A stretch of 64,000 nt of DNA from Octopus bimaculoides. Lineage: Eukaryota. Position 1 is the first letter of the stretch, and each line of letters begins with the position of its first letter. The translations under genes were made by a program, and so were the position numbers. The stretch is from the NCBI RefSeq assembly GCF_001194135.2, contig NC_068994.1:36103896-36167895 (forward strand), in the 5' to 3' direction. Positions 13,955 to 25,989 of the stretch are shown here, in pieces. Below the pieces are notes generated by a model that was given only the letters and a program-made list of their open reading frames with translations, made no database searches and had not been told where the DNA came from.

Positions 13955-15410
13955 GTGAGGAGTGAGACATTGTTAAAAAATAACAAGAACGAAAATGATG
14001 ATGATGATTACGATGATGAAATCAGGGAAAGAAAAAGAAATACACCAGAAATCACTGGAATTGTTGTTATGTATATGGGTGTGTGTGTGTGTGTGTGTGT
14101 GTGCGTGTGTGTGTGTGCGTGTGTATCTCATAAATCATTTACAAGTCCTTAATCTTCCTGCAATGAAACAAGAGATCAATTTTATATTGTCATGTTTCAT
14201 CTCATGGTGTTGATCCTATGTTTCTGACAGTGTACCTACAATGTCAAACTTTCAAATCACTGATAAGTATGTATGTTTATATGTGCACGCGCGTGTGTGT
14301 GTGTGGTGTGTGTGATAAGTGTATGCGTGTATGTATGTAAGTGTGTGCACATGTGTATGTATACACATATAAAAATAAAGAGAGAAAGAGAGAGAGAGAA
14401 TAAGGTCACCAGACTTTCCAGACAATAATGAATAAACTGATATAAAACTTATTGAGATTTTTTATGAATGCTAATAGGATAAGAAGATAGTGGAATTAAT
14501 ATTGATGAACTGGAGGATTTAATTAGAACAATTTAGCAAAATACAAAATAGATATAAACCTTATAATGTCTACCACCATACACAACAAAAGCAAAAAAAA
14601 AAAATAATAAAATGATAATAATTTAAATAAAACTGATGACAATGATGATGATGATGATAATGATGTTGATGGAAGTGGTGGTGGTGGTGGTGGCAATGAC
14701 AATGTTAGTGTGGGTCTGGTGATGGTAGAGTGGCAGTGGTGGTGTGATGGTTCTTGTTAGCAAGAACATACATATAGAAAAGAAAAACCAAAAGCAACAC
14801 AAAAAATAATAATAAAAACAAAAATAAGCAAAAACTACATAATGTTGTATTAATTAAAACTCGATAAGTATAAATTCTAAAAACCATAAAAACTAATGGA
14901 AAAAACATAAAACTTAATCAAGAACATTGAACTCTGTAAATAAGTAATGACTAACATTTAGGTGGATTTGAGCAACTTGAAACTCTGTGGTTGAGCAGCT
15001 ATGAGCAAGCACTGTTGTAGCAATACATATTTTAAAGCCACTTTGTTCACCTACAAAATAGCTGCCAATAAAAATTATATCGTCATGAAATTTATGAGGA
15101 TAGATATGACTTCTCTCTCCCTACTCTTCATATAAGTTTCAAATAATATTCAAAGAAGGTTTATTGGAGAGAAAATGACTGATCCTCAACCTTATTTAAA
15201 TCATATGCACACTATTTTTTTTGCTAAGGAAAACTATTTGGAAAAATCTTTGCCAAAAATAATTAAACTGTATTAGATGCTATCCACTATATGAAAAGTC
15301 CTTAACAAAAGCATAAGATTATGCTTTTGTTTTCAGATTTAATGGCCAATAAAATGTTTTTGACTTAAAAATGAAGTTAAGCTGGAAAAGTGACCACATT
15401 ATTTACTTAG

Positions 15411-15438
15411 ATTTTCTCTGGAATATTTGTAATAAAGG
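15411..15438 (+). CDS. Candidate micro-exon (FLWNICNKG)
   Basis: Acceptor attatttacttag|, donor GG|gtaata, 28 nt phase 1 to 2; links exon 13809-13954 to 17305-17388 in phase. Confidence 0.3.
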
Positions 15439-15837
15439 GTAATACATTCTGAGGAAGGAGAAAAGAAGCTGACGTACAAAAATTTTTAATTTCTATCAAA
15501 AACATTATGAGATATTTTAGAAGTGAAGACATTTAAATGCAGTAATGCAATTAATATAATGTTCTGAAAACTATCAAATAAACATTGAATCCCAACTGAT
15601 TTGCAAATCAAAAGTAGAACTTCTTGAATAATAATCTAGAATAATACAAAAAAAAAAAAAATTGAAAAATTAACTAATATGAATAAAATAATGCATTAAA
15701 ATAAACTGAAAATTGTTTTTAAAAATTAGTGTTATAGAAGAGTTACAAAAGTGTAACTTATAGACTCATACAATGGTTTATAAATATTCATATATTACAT
15801 ATGTGCAAACACACACACACACACACGCACAAACACG

Positions 15838-15890
<53 letters not shown>

Positions 15891-16149
15891 GGGATAAGAT
15901 ATTAGTTAATGTTTGTGTCTATGATAATTACTTTTACTAAGTTGTGTAGACATAGAAAGGTTTTGCTAAAAGGTAATCAGCATGGCACAGCTGACAATCT
16001 TTTGTTAACGAAGCTTTAGTTGGCTATTTATCAGGTGTAATTTCCATATATATGCACTTATACAAATATACTACTTACACATATATACCTAATAAAATGA
16101 TTATGTGTTGTAGCTTATTAATATGTTGTTGTTCTTGTTGCTGTTGCAA

Positions 16150-16360
16150 AGCTGCAACCTGGCAGAATTGTTAGCATGTCGGATGAAATGTTTAGTAGCA
16201 TTTCATCCGTCTTCATGTACTGAGTTCAATTCCACTGAGGTCTACTTTGCTTTTCATTCTTTTTGGGGGTCGATAAAATCAGTGGCTGTTGAGAACTGGG
16301 GTTGATGTAATCGACCTACTCGCTTCCCCAAAATTGCTGGCCTTGTACCAAAATTCGAAA
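16150..16360 (+). mobile_element. tRNA-derived SINE family 2 (ctggcagaatcgttagc...aagtaccag...ggggtcgat...aaattgctggccttgtgccaaaatttgaaac)
   Basis: Many copies: + at 22270-22480, 31563-31773, 33309-33522, 47650-47845, 49780-49890, 50750-50970, 63814-64000; - at 13588-13745, 29390-29490, 51253-51465, 52480-52580, 56870-57070. Confidence 0.85.
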
Positions 16361-16625
16361 TGAATATGTTGTTATTGTTGTTATTGTTGTTTAGATCCTG
16401 TTCAACCTTTATAGAGTTGACAGTCTATGATCATAACGCATTCCAACTATGGACATACTGACTTTTCTTCAGGTTCCATAGAAAACATCCATGAATCCTT
16501 TTATAACAGAATGTAGTTTGAGGGTAAGTTAGTGATTATTCCAGGGGCATGACCAGGATTTCAACTGAAGACATTTTCAGTTATTTTTGATTGATCCACT
16601 TTTCGTTATTTTATTTGTAATTTAA

Positions 16626-16850
16626 CCTTTTAGCATTTAAAGTGGCCATGTCCTGCCAAAATATTGTACCTGTTTTATGTTAAAACTAGCCAGATCCAGG
16701 CTCTCTCACCAGGCTCTCTCACTAATGTCATTCTAAAAATAAACAATCACATCATCGAAATCTTGAAGCTGCAAGATAGTGCATGATTAATTAATAACAA
16801 GGTGAATAAATAAGTATAACATTTGACCGAGTAATCTGAATGCTAAAGGG
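16626..16850 (+). mobile_element. piggyBac-type MITE with TTAA target duplication
   Basis: TTAA|ccttttagcatt ... aatgctaaaggg|TTAA; 12-bp TIRs with 1 mismatch; internal 13-bp tandem duplication ccaggctctctca. Confidence 0.75.
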
Positions 16851-17304
16851 TTAATGTTAATTTATATGTCCATAGTGTACACCATATATACACATGTATA
16901 AGTCATACTATTTTTATACCTGATTCTTAACTCAAAAAAGTGTGGTGTGGTGTGGTGTGGTTTAGACCCGGGGCAAACCTAAAACTATGAAGGGAAAAAA
17001 TTTTGTACCAAAATTTAACATCAAATTAGGGGTCCAAGTTATACACGAGTGTGACTTATAGATGAATGAATAAATAAATAACATCCATCCATCCATCTGT
17101 CCATCCCTCCATCTATCTATCTATCTATCTATCTATCTATTTACCTATCTATCTATCTATTTATATAGAGCCTGGTGGGTTTTATCTGGGCCTCTCAAAC
17201 TCCCCTTGACTACATATGTGTTTTTGTTATAGACAGACTGCAAAACCATGTAAAATTCATTTTATTGGCTGATTGGCTAACTCATTAATATGCTGTAATT
17301 GCAG

Positions 17305-17388
17305 ATGCTTTCTCAGAAATTTGAAAGAAATCTCATTGGTTTATGTCCCAGAAAAAGTGATAATGTTACAAATGATTCTTGGAAGAAT
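17305..17388 (+). CDS. Candidate 84-nt exon open in two frames (CFLRNLKEISLVYVPEKVIMLQMILGR or MLSQKFERNLIGLCPRKSDNVTNDSWKN)
   Basis: Acceptor gctgtaattgcag|, donor AAT|gtatgt; phases 0 and 2 both stop-free. Confidence 0.5.
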
Positions 17389-18200
17389 GTATGTAATGTC
17401 TCTTTCAAAACAAAGAATAATGCTCTTGTCAAAAGAAGCCCTTAAGACTTCACTTTATAATGAAATAAAGCAAAAGTGGCAAAGGTGGTAGAAAAAGTAG
17501 GAAATCAATGAGTTCACTTACACTAAAGCAACGAACAAATAACTATAATCACAATAAAAGAGAAGGAAGTTTACAGTTAAGTAAATAAATTCTTTCATAT
17601 CAGACAACTGATCAAACAATAATGTAAGACAAAAACAAAGCATATAAAATATAAAAGCCTACTAGATAATGGCAAAGACATAAAATTAAAGTTGTAATTA
17701 CTTAGTGTCTATAACTTGCCACAGGTTAACATTGTAAACAAGCAATTACAGTTATGTAATGTAATTTTTCAATTCTCATATGTCCAAGAAAGTTGCAAAC
17801 TTTATTAGAATGTATATTAAATGGCTGAACTCTATGTCTTTAACTTATAGCTTAACCCCACAATTTAATGTCAGTGCAGTTGCATTGAATATCATCTCAA
17901 TATCAGTTTAGTTAGACAATAACACATTAAAAGGTAATATAACAGTAATATATAATATATTTTAAAATTATAAAACAAGTCATTAAACTGATTTTGATCT
18001 TAAAATCATTAATTTAAAATAGAAGAAAGCTGAATTTCTTCAGTTGACATTTAAACAGATTAATGATTAAATCTATGAAATTTACACCCACTGAATACCT
18101 GTTTTATGTATACATATATGTGTATGTATATGTGTGTGTGTGCATGTGTGTGTGTGTCTGTGTATAAATATATATATATATACACACATATACACATACA

Positions 18201-18243
<43 letters not shown>

Positions 18244-18587
18244 CATACATCATGGTCTTCTTTTAGTTTCTATCTACCAAATCCACTCACAGGGTTTTGT
18301 TGACCAGGGGCTACAGTAAAAGACACCTGGTCAAGCTGCTATGCAGTGAGATTGAACCCAAGTCCACATGGTTGGGAAGCAAATGTCTTAACCACACTGC
18401 CATGATATTGTCTATACAAGTGCAGGCATGGCTATAGGTGCTGACACTGTAGTGAAAATACCACTTAGTAATATTTTTACTGTTTTTAATCGCAGGACAA
18501 GACTAAATGCTTCAGCCTCAAATCAAAAATAATATTTCCACTTCCAAAAATTGGTTAGTTACCTTTGAATGATAACAGATCAATTAA

Positions 18588-18809
18588 CCTTTCGGCATTC
18601 AGATTGTTCTGTCAAATCTAAGGCTTATTTATTCTCATTGTTTTGAGTTAGTCATGCATTATCTCATAGCTTTGAGATTTTAAATGATGTGATTGTTTAT
18701 AGTTAGAATGACACTGTAGGGTAGGTGTGAAAGGCTGAAGCTAGTCAGTTTGAGTGTACAACAAGTAATATATTTTGGGTTGGATATGGCCAGTTCAAAT
18801 GCCAAGGGG
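18588..18809 (-). mobile_element. Second, inverted copy of the TTAA MITE
   Basis: TTAA|cctttcggcatt ... aatgccaagggg|TTAA; internal sequence is a diverged reverse complement of 16626-16850. Confidence 0.7.
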
Positions 18810-19421
18810 TTAAGTTTTCAGGCTTGACATACAAAATATCTGAAGGAAACACAGTCCAGTTACTTCACAGACAGACAACCCATTTAGTGGTAGGGGTGGG
18901 GGATGTTACACTAGAGATAAACTAATATGGGGTTGAGTGAACTCATTGGTACTACTATGGAAAAATTCTCTTGTGTTGGTAACAGGATAAACTGTATCCA
19001 GCCCCTGCTGAAATTGATTGTTGATGGAAGGAGTATCAAATCACAAAAAGCCCCTGCCAAAACAATAATGACTAAGCTTACTGCTTATCTCTATTTCTAG
19101 GAGTGTGCCAAATGACTGAGGACCACAAATGGTCAGCTGTTGGGAGACCCCTCCAATTCATGCATTAAAAAATAAATCAAAGCATTAAAAAGAAAATGAA
19201 ATAGTATTCACGATGTTACATGCAAATACATACGCACATACACATATATATACACACAGTCATGCTTATACATGGAGGCACACACGCATAGATATACTTA
19301 CATACATAAATTACTTACAGGCACACACATATGCATAATATATAATATTAGATATAATGCATATATATATAGAGGAAGAGAAAGACACAGAAGTAGATGG
19401 GTGTAAAGTATACAGGCAGAC

Positions 19422-19945
19422 ATGGAGTCATGTGGCTTATGGATTAGGGTGTCAGACTCATGATCCTAAGATTGCGGTTTCAATTCTTGAACTGGGCAAT
19501 GCATTGTGTTCTTGAGCAAAACACTTTATTTCAGATTGCTCCAGTTCACTCAGCTGGCAAAAAGGAGTAATCCTGTGATAGATTGACACTCTAATGAGGG
19601 GTGAATATATACACCAAAGTAACTGAGAAACCATATGCATCATATGTTCATACTATATACATAACATATATGTAAAGATATATAGTGAGAGATGTACAGC
19701 CAGACAGATGTAAACCATAGACACACACATGGAGTTGCATGGCTCAGGAGTTAGAGTATTGGACTCATGATCCTAAGATTACTGTTTCAATTCCTGGATG
19801 AGGCACTGCATTGTGTTCTTGAACAAAACATTTTATTTCACATTGCTCCAGTCCATTCAGTTGGTAGAAATGACTAATCCTGCAATGGACTGATGTCCCA
19901 TCCAGAGGTGAATATGTATACCAAAGAAGCTGATAAACCAGCCTT
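19422..19945 (+). mobile_element. Two tandem copies of CORE-like tRNA SINE family 3
   Basis: Copies 19422-19630 and 19728-19945, each with a tRNA-like head and ttgtgttcttgagcaaaacactttatttc; other copies 46535-46860 (+) and 37400-37660 (-). Confidence 0.75.
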
Positions 19946-20612
19946 ATGATTGTATATGACTCAGGAAGGATCATCATCTTTTTATAGTTTTATACACATG
20001 CACATAGACATAATGCATGTATGTGTGTATGTATGTATATATGTATGCATGCATGTATGTGTGCATGTATGTATGTATAGAGAAGCAGATACACACACAC
20101 ACATACATACTTGTATAAGTATACTTACATACACACACAACTCATAGCATTGATTTCTTAGAAAGCCAGAAGTCTTCAAATTTAAGGGAGGAGGTACAAT
20201 CACTAACGACAAACCCAGATTTTGACTGATCTTTTATCAATCCTGTAAAGAAATAACATGCTGAAAGGCATGCAAATACAAAAAGAAAACCTGATTCACT
20301 CGTCAGGTTTTTTTTACTTTGTACTAATTAGTTTACATATATTTCCATTCAGTATATGACTTATAGGTAATATGTTTATAAAACCTAAACAATATTTACA
20401 TTTGTCAGTGTATGTGCAAGTGAATACATGTTTGGCTGGAAACATAACACGGAAGTCTTTTGTCTTTGTTATTGTCAAGGTTTTGATATCCTCAAAGAGT
20501 TCACAGGATAAATTGTGTGCACGCGCACACATGCACACACAAATATGTATATATATATGCATATATATGTGTGTGCATATATGTGTATATATATATGTGT
20601 GTATATTTTATT

Positions 20613-20656
<44 letters not shown>

Positions 20657-21444
20657 CAAATGATATATGTGCATCTGCATGTATACATACATATATATAC
20701 ATACCTTCATCTACATGCATATATAGATGCATATCCGGGTACAGGACATCAAAAAACGTGGACAAAAAAGGAACAGGAACATAAACAAAGCACAAAAAAT
20801 GGACTTTTTTTTACAGACAACAGAATGAACACATAGGAAAACAGACAAGCCACTCATGGAACTTTTCCTTCAGATAGATAGATATACATGTACATATATA
20901 TACATACATATATATATATATTTTTTATTTTTGCTTTAAGTTATAGTCTGAGGACTGCAGCCATGGTGGGGCATCACTATTTACTTTGCTACTCTTTCAC
21001 TAAACCTCTTCTGATATGTGACATTTGGTGAATGAGGGAGTTTGACGTTGCTGTCCTCATCTGTGTTTCTTGCTTTGAGGTAGGTTCATCAAGAGCTCTT
21101 GATAGAAGATCTAGTTTTGCTTAGAAAAAGCCTACATTCATGCTATGTGGGTTTCTAAGATTTTAAAGGAGGATATTTAAGAGATGTGGGCCTTTGAAAC
21201 CGTAGCTATTGCAGTATCTTTGTATATTTTTGTTGGTCGTAATCATTCATACCAATATGTAATTCCTGACAAAGAATCTAATTTTTATTTCATGAAGAGT
21301 TTTTTATTTTTGTTTTTGGAATTAATTAGATTCCGAAACAATTTGTAGAATGTATATTGGTTTTGTACCAACCTGGAATATGAATTAAAGTTCATCTACA
21401 CCTACAATTTTTCCTTATACTTCATATATATATATATGAAGGTG

Positions 21445-21620
21445 AGGGCTTTATCTAGCAGTTCCTTAGAGATAGAGACATAGAAATCAACAATATCAAA
21501 CTGCTTGAATCTCGCTTTACTCTTATTCCTAATGGCTTTAAATCAGTCAATGACTTATATACTATTGGACCATTGTATTAACCTAGTAGCATTTCTGACT
21601 TTCGCATTGATTTTTGTCCT
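21445..21620 (-). mobile_element. Penelope-like element reverse-transcriptase fragment
   Basis: Minus strand reads KINAKVRNATRLIQWSNSI*VID*FKAIRNKSKARFKQFDIVDFYVSISKELLDKAL; FDIVDFYxSI is a PLE-type RT motif; two stops. Confidence 0.8.
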
Positions 21621-21844
21621 TGCCTTCGAAACGCAGAGTAGATGGAACAGGGACAACTGAAGAAGGGAGATATTCTTTATGCTGCATTTCTCATTTCTCT
21701 GTTTGTTTTTCTCATTAAAACAATGTTAAAATAATGCCTATTTAATATATTTTTGTGGTGTTTGTGTTCATTTTTATGGTGTGTGTGTTCATTTTCACAT
21801 GGCACACAAACTTTTTCCTCAACCTAGTATAATTGATGCACTGT

Positions 21845-22280
21845 ACATCCAGTAAAGCATACTAGCTTCATTTCCTTCCAATCTTTTTGAATTCTCTACA
21901 CTGAAGGCTCATGTTTCACTTCTATGCAACATCACAATTCTAACATGAGTGTCATACAATCTACCCTTCTCTCTGATGGAAACCATCTTCATTGCCAGCA
22001 GTGACAGAAGCTTCTTGAACTTTTTCCTACTGGTTCTTTCTCTGGCTACAATATTTTTGGAGCAACCATCCTAACTTATAATTGCATCTTAAAGCAAACA
22101 AAAGCTATCAACTACTTCTTGTGAATCATCTGAGAATTTAAGAGAATCTATTTCTGGTGTGCACATAGTATGTATCTAACTTTCTGCAGACACATGTAAC
22201 TTTAATGCAATTCTCAGGCAGAAACAGTGTGATACAGTGCATGTAAGAAAGTTGTTACTTTGAATTACAGGCACAATAGC
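21845..22280 (-). mobile_element. Degenerate RTE LINE RT C-terminal fragment
   Basis: Minus strand approximates EVVDSFCLL..GCSKNIVAR..KKFKKLLSLL..KGRLYD..ML.SET..LEGNEASML. Confidence 0.7.
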
Positions 22281-22696
22281 AAGTTCACAAAAAACTGTTA
22301 GAATATCAGAAAAAAATACCTTGCAGCATTTGTTTCAGATCTTTGCATTCTGAGTTCAAATCCCTCAAAGGTTAGCTTTGCTTTCCATTCCTCAGCAGTT
22401 AAGAAAATAAAAATACCAGGCAAGCATCTGACTAATCTTACTGCTTCTAAAAATTGCTGGCCTTGTGTCTAAATTAGAAACCGTTAATGTTATGATTATT
22501 TTTATTTCTTCTGGTTCTGCATTCTGACTTCAAATTCTGCAAAAGTTGATGTCGCCTTTCATCCATAGGGATTTGAGAAAGTAAGTTCTATCATAAGAGA
22601 ATAAGTGTTGTATTAGTCTTTTGCTTAAAAGGCAAGGAAAGGAAGTGTCTTGACCCTCTCTCTCGCTTTTTCCCCTTCTGTCTCTCTCTCCCCCTC

Positions 22697-22729
<33 letters not shown>

Positions 22730-22738
22730 ATATGTGTG

Positions 22739-22788
<50 letters not shown>

Positions 22789-23314
22789 AGTGTATAATAT
22801 ACTTGTATGATATATAATATATATATATATATATACACACACACATATATACAAACATATATATATATATATATACATATTTAATAAACATATATGTTTG
22901 ATAAACGTATATAATATATATATAAAGTATATATTATTATATATAATGAAAGTGTGTGTGCATGTGTGTATTGTTTATATTATTTATTCAAAAGTAATCT
23001 ACCATATGCATTGAATGCTATTTTCCATTGTATCGACACAAAACGAATGTACACCCATATGTTAACGCCTCAGTACATTAACCACTATACTACAAATACC
23101 TTATCAAATTTAATTACCAATATAGCAATATTCAGCAAACAGCATTATTGATAACTGTGAATATATATGTGCATATATGCATGCATATGTTTATGCATAC
23201 TATTTTGCATTATATCTGGTGTAATTGAATGGTGTTTGCCTTTTAACTTGCTCAGTCAGTCAGTTGACATCAATTAATGGTTTCATACAATCAATTGTAC
23301 TTATTTGCTTTCAG

Positions 23315-23388
23315 ACTTTATTTAATGCTTTTGATACCAAGCTGCCTGAGACCATCTATCATTCTACAATACAAAACCCCATTTTAGA
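23315..23388 (+). CDS. Candidate exon (TLFNAFDTKLPETIYHSTIQNPIL)
   Basis: Good acceptor acttatttgctttcag|, phase 0 open; donor GA|gtgttc is weak. Confidence 0.35.
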
Positions 23389-24019
23389 GTGTTCATATCT
23401 AAATTAAAAATTTCTGCCATTATTTCATCTAATAACCACCTGTTAAGACATGTTCAAAATATCAGTTCAATAATGGGAAGGTCAGTTATTTTACTAAATA
23501 CCACCAATTTTTAAAAATTCTTTTCAAAATTAATTGTAAAACATAAACAATGTATTTCACTTGAAATGTGGCTTAGAAAGGGTTAAATTTGCACTATGTT
23601 ATTCAGTCTTTTATTAAAACTGAAATTGTAAATATTAATATAATTTTTGAAACTCTATAATTATTGTAAGCAGGTTCTTTCACTGATCTGAATGAATTGG
23701 GTATAGGTCACATTTGGTGTGGCAGATTGTAAGAGAGCCATGACTACATAAACCATCGTTTACAAGAGTTCAGTTCCTACTTCTGCTACTGCTATATGGA
23801 ACTTATAGCAATGCTTGAATACATGCACACAAACACACACACACACATGCACGCACGCACGCACACACACACACACACACACATGTCTAGCGTTGACTGT
23901 CAGAAAAAAAATAGAGATTACTATTTTTATTTTTGTTGAGCCAGTTCTTGCTACTCTGTGTTTTGCCTGTTTGGTGCACAGGATCTTCAAAATGCAATGT
24001 ATATACATACATGTATATA

Positions 24020-24057
<38 letters not shown>

Positions 24058-24767
24058 CATACACACACACACATATATTTATATATATATTCTACAGCGG
24101 TGCTCCAGCATGACCGCAGCCACATAGCTAAAATGAATAAAAGAATTATATATATATATGGTAAATGAAAGATGGAAGATACAAGAATTCTTATTAATCA
24201 GGATAATTGTTTTGACACATCTAGCATTGGTCCCTCATAGGTGGGACACTTAACAATTGGTTCAGGAGCATCTGACAGTGCAGATGTGTCTCTTCAGCTG
24301 ATGAATAGATATAACTCATTAAAATAACAGCTCCACAATGTATCTCCTCATTTTGTGTAAAGAAAAGCAGCAAAACAAAGGATATATCTTCATTTATATA
24401 GAAAATTAAAAATAAAATAACAGATGTAAGAAAGAAACAAACACACAATACAGCAAGAAAAGTTTTTAAAATAGCCGTTAATGGATAAGGATGTATAAAC
24501 ACCTCGTGCAAGCTGGATGGCACATGCACACTTGTTTATACAAGCATCCACGAAGATGTAAGCATATGCATACATGTGGTTTGGTGCACACACGTTCATA
24601 TAGTGAGTTAAATTGTTACTTGGTTTTTATAAGAATGGGGAGGTTAAAGCTAAACTTAATTCATCCATGTCTTAAAGTGAATTATGTTAACAGTTGCTCA
24701 AATTCCTTCCCACTGTATTGTGTGAAAGTACATTTATATGTATGTAGGCATCTTGAGAGTCGTTCAG

Positions 24768-24852
24768 AAATTCTATTAATGATCCCCTCATTGGTCCACG
24801 AAATAGACAGGGATTCCTTGGAGCAGAGCTAAAATCACCAGGAAATGATATT
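24768..24852 (+). CDS. Candidate exon (NSINDPLIGPRNRQGFLGAELKSPGNDI)
   Basis: Donor ATT|gtatgt followed by a T-run; 28 open codons, elevated GC; acceptor uncertain (gttcag| at 24767). Confidence 0.4.
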
Positions 24853-25394
24853 GTATGTTTTTTTTATGCCTTACAATGGACCAAGTTATGCTATACTTAA
24901 TTTTATCTTCCTTTAGTTGCAAAATCGGTCAAAGATGTTGAATATCTCTTATTGATTCTCTTGAAGCTAGTGACATGGTTGCAATAACGATTCTTAAATG
25001 AATCAGTCATTTGCCCAAAGTAAACATACGGCCCTCCTCTTATATGCACAGTACATTTATATATAAAATTTATACTCATACAGAGGTTCATCAATGGGCA
25101 TTTTGATTGCTATCTGCATGAGCATTTATTATATTTATTTGTATATATGGTAGTTCTGACTTCATTTTCCAACATTGTTACCATGTTAGCTATATCATAA
25201 TCATTTCTACTATCACATTTTGGTTGTATTTGTTGCTTTCCGTTGTGGTTGAAAATAACATGGTATCTGTAGTCAGATTATTTGTAGTCAGGTGCTTGCT
25301 CAGAAAACTAAATGTAGATGATTTTCTGTAGGGTATGTGCTGGTGTACTATTGATAATATTTGATTATAAAAGAATAATAGGATTTTTTAAACA

Positions 25395-25475
25395 TCAAAT
25401 GCCTATGACGGTCCACCCAAGTAAAATAGGAATCAAAAGGGTCCATAGGTTAAAAAATGGTTGAGAAACACTGAT
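25395..25475. mobile_element. hAT-like non-autonomous element end; related opposite-orientation piece at 59722-59800
   Basis: gggtccatagg...ggttgagaaacactgatcta versus tagatcaggggttcccaacc...ctatggaccc. Confidence 0.45.
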
Positions 25476-25479
25476 CTAG

Positions 25480-25900
25480 AATCTAGACTCAAGACGTCTA
25501 AAAACAAACTTAGCAAAGAGAAGAGTCTCAGTTATCAAGAAACAATGTACAACTCTTCTGGCAAATGGAATCTGACCGTGTATGTTATACAAAAAACAAA
25601 AATTTGTACATAAGAATTCTAAACTGTGTACCCCAGATGCAGTAGAAACAGGTAGATTGATTGAGAAGAACTTGCGTGGTTCAGATGCATAGAAATAGTT
25701 AGCAGTAAGAACGCTTATGGAATAATTTTTCTTTAAATAACCAGAAAGCTCCCTAGTAGTAGATGACGGCTTCTGTTATCTAGACAACCTAATAAACAGT
25801 GGAGATGTATGCAAAAGATCAGTATTCACAGTAGATAAAATTTAAGGAGCTATTACTTCCGCAGGAAACAGTTTTTCTGAGGTTCATTGACAAATTACTG
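25480..25900 (+). mobile_element. Highly degenerate RTE LINE fragment
   Basis: LVVDDGFCYLDNLINSGDVC and KFKELL motifs, same region as 21845-22280. Confidence 0.55.
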
Positions 25901-25989
25901 AAATTTCATAATATATTCAAAGTTTGCTAACATATTGGTAAATTTACTGATGGAGATGGTAGGAGTGTCAGATTAAATGTATTAAGATA

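Noticed and set aside
21445-21620. In-frame TGA as selenocysteine in the PLE RT or in candidate exons
   Set aside because: The TGA falls at a position normally Trp (VIDWF), a TAA is also present, and no SECIS was recognised.
21624-21670. Hammerhead ribozyme from gaaacgc...ctgaaga (also ctgatga at 3486)
   Set aside because: Stems I and III cannot be formed; the 3486 motif lacks GAAA.
11478-24852. Faint remembered resemblance of two exon peptides to ZWILCH (W..L..C.S...L and LGAEL)
   Set aside because: Motif order is opposite to ZWILCH and the match may be generic helical periodicity; no symbol assigned without a search.
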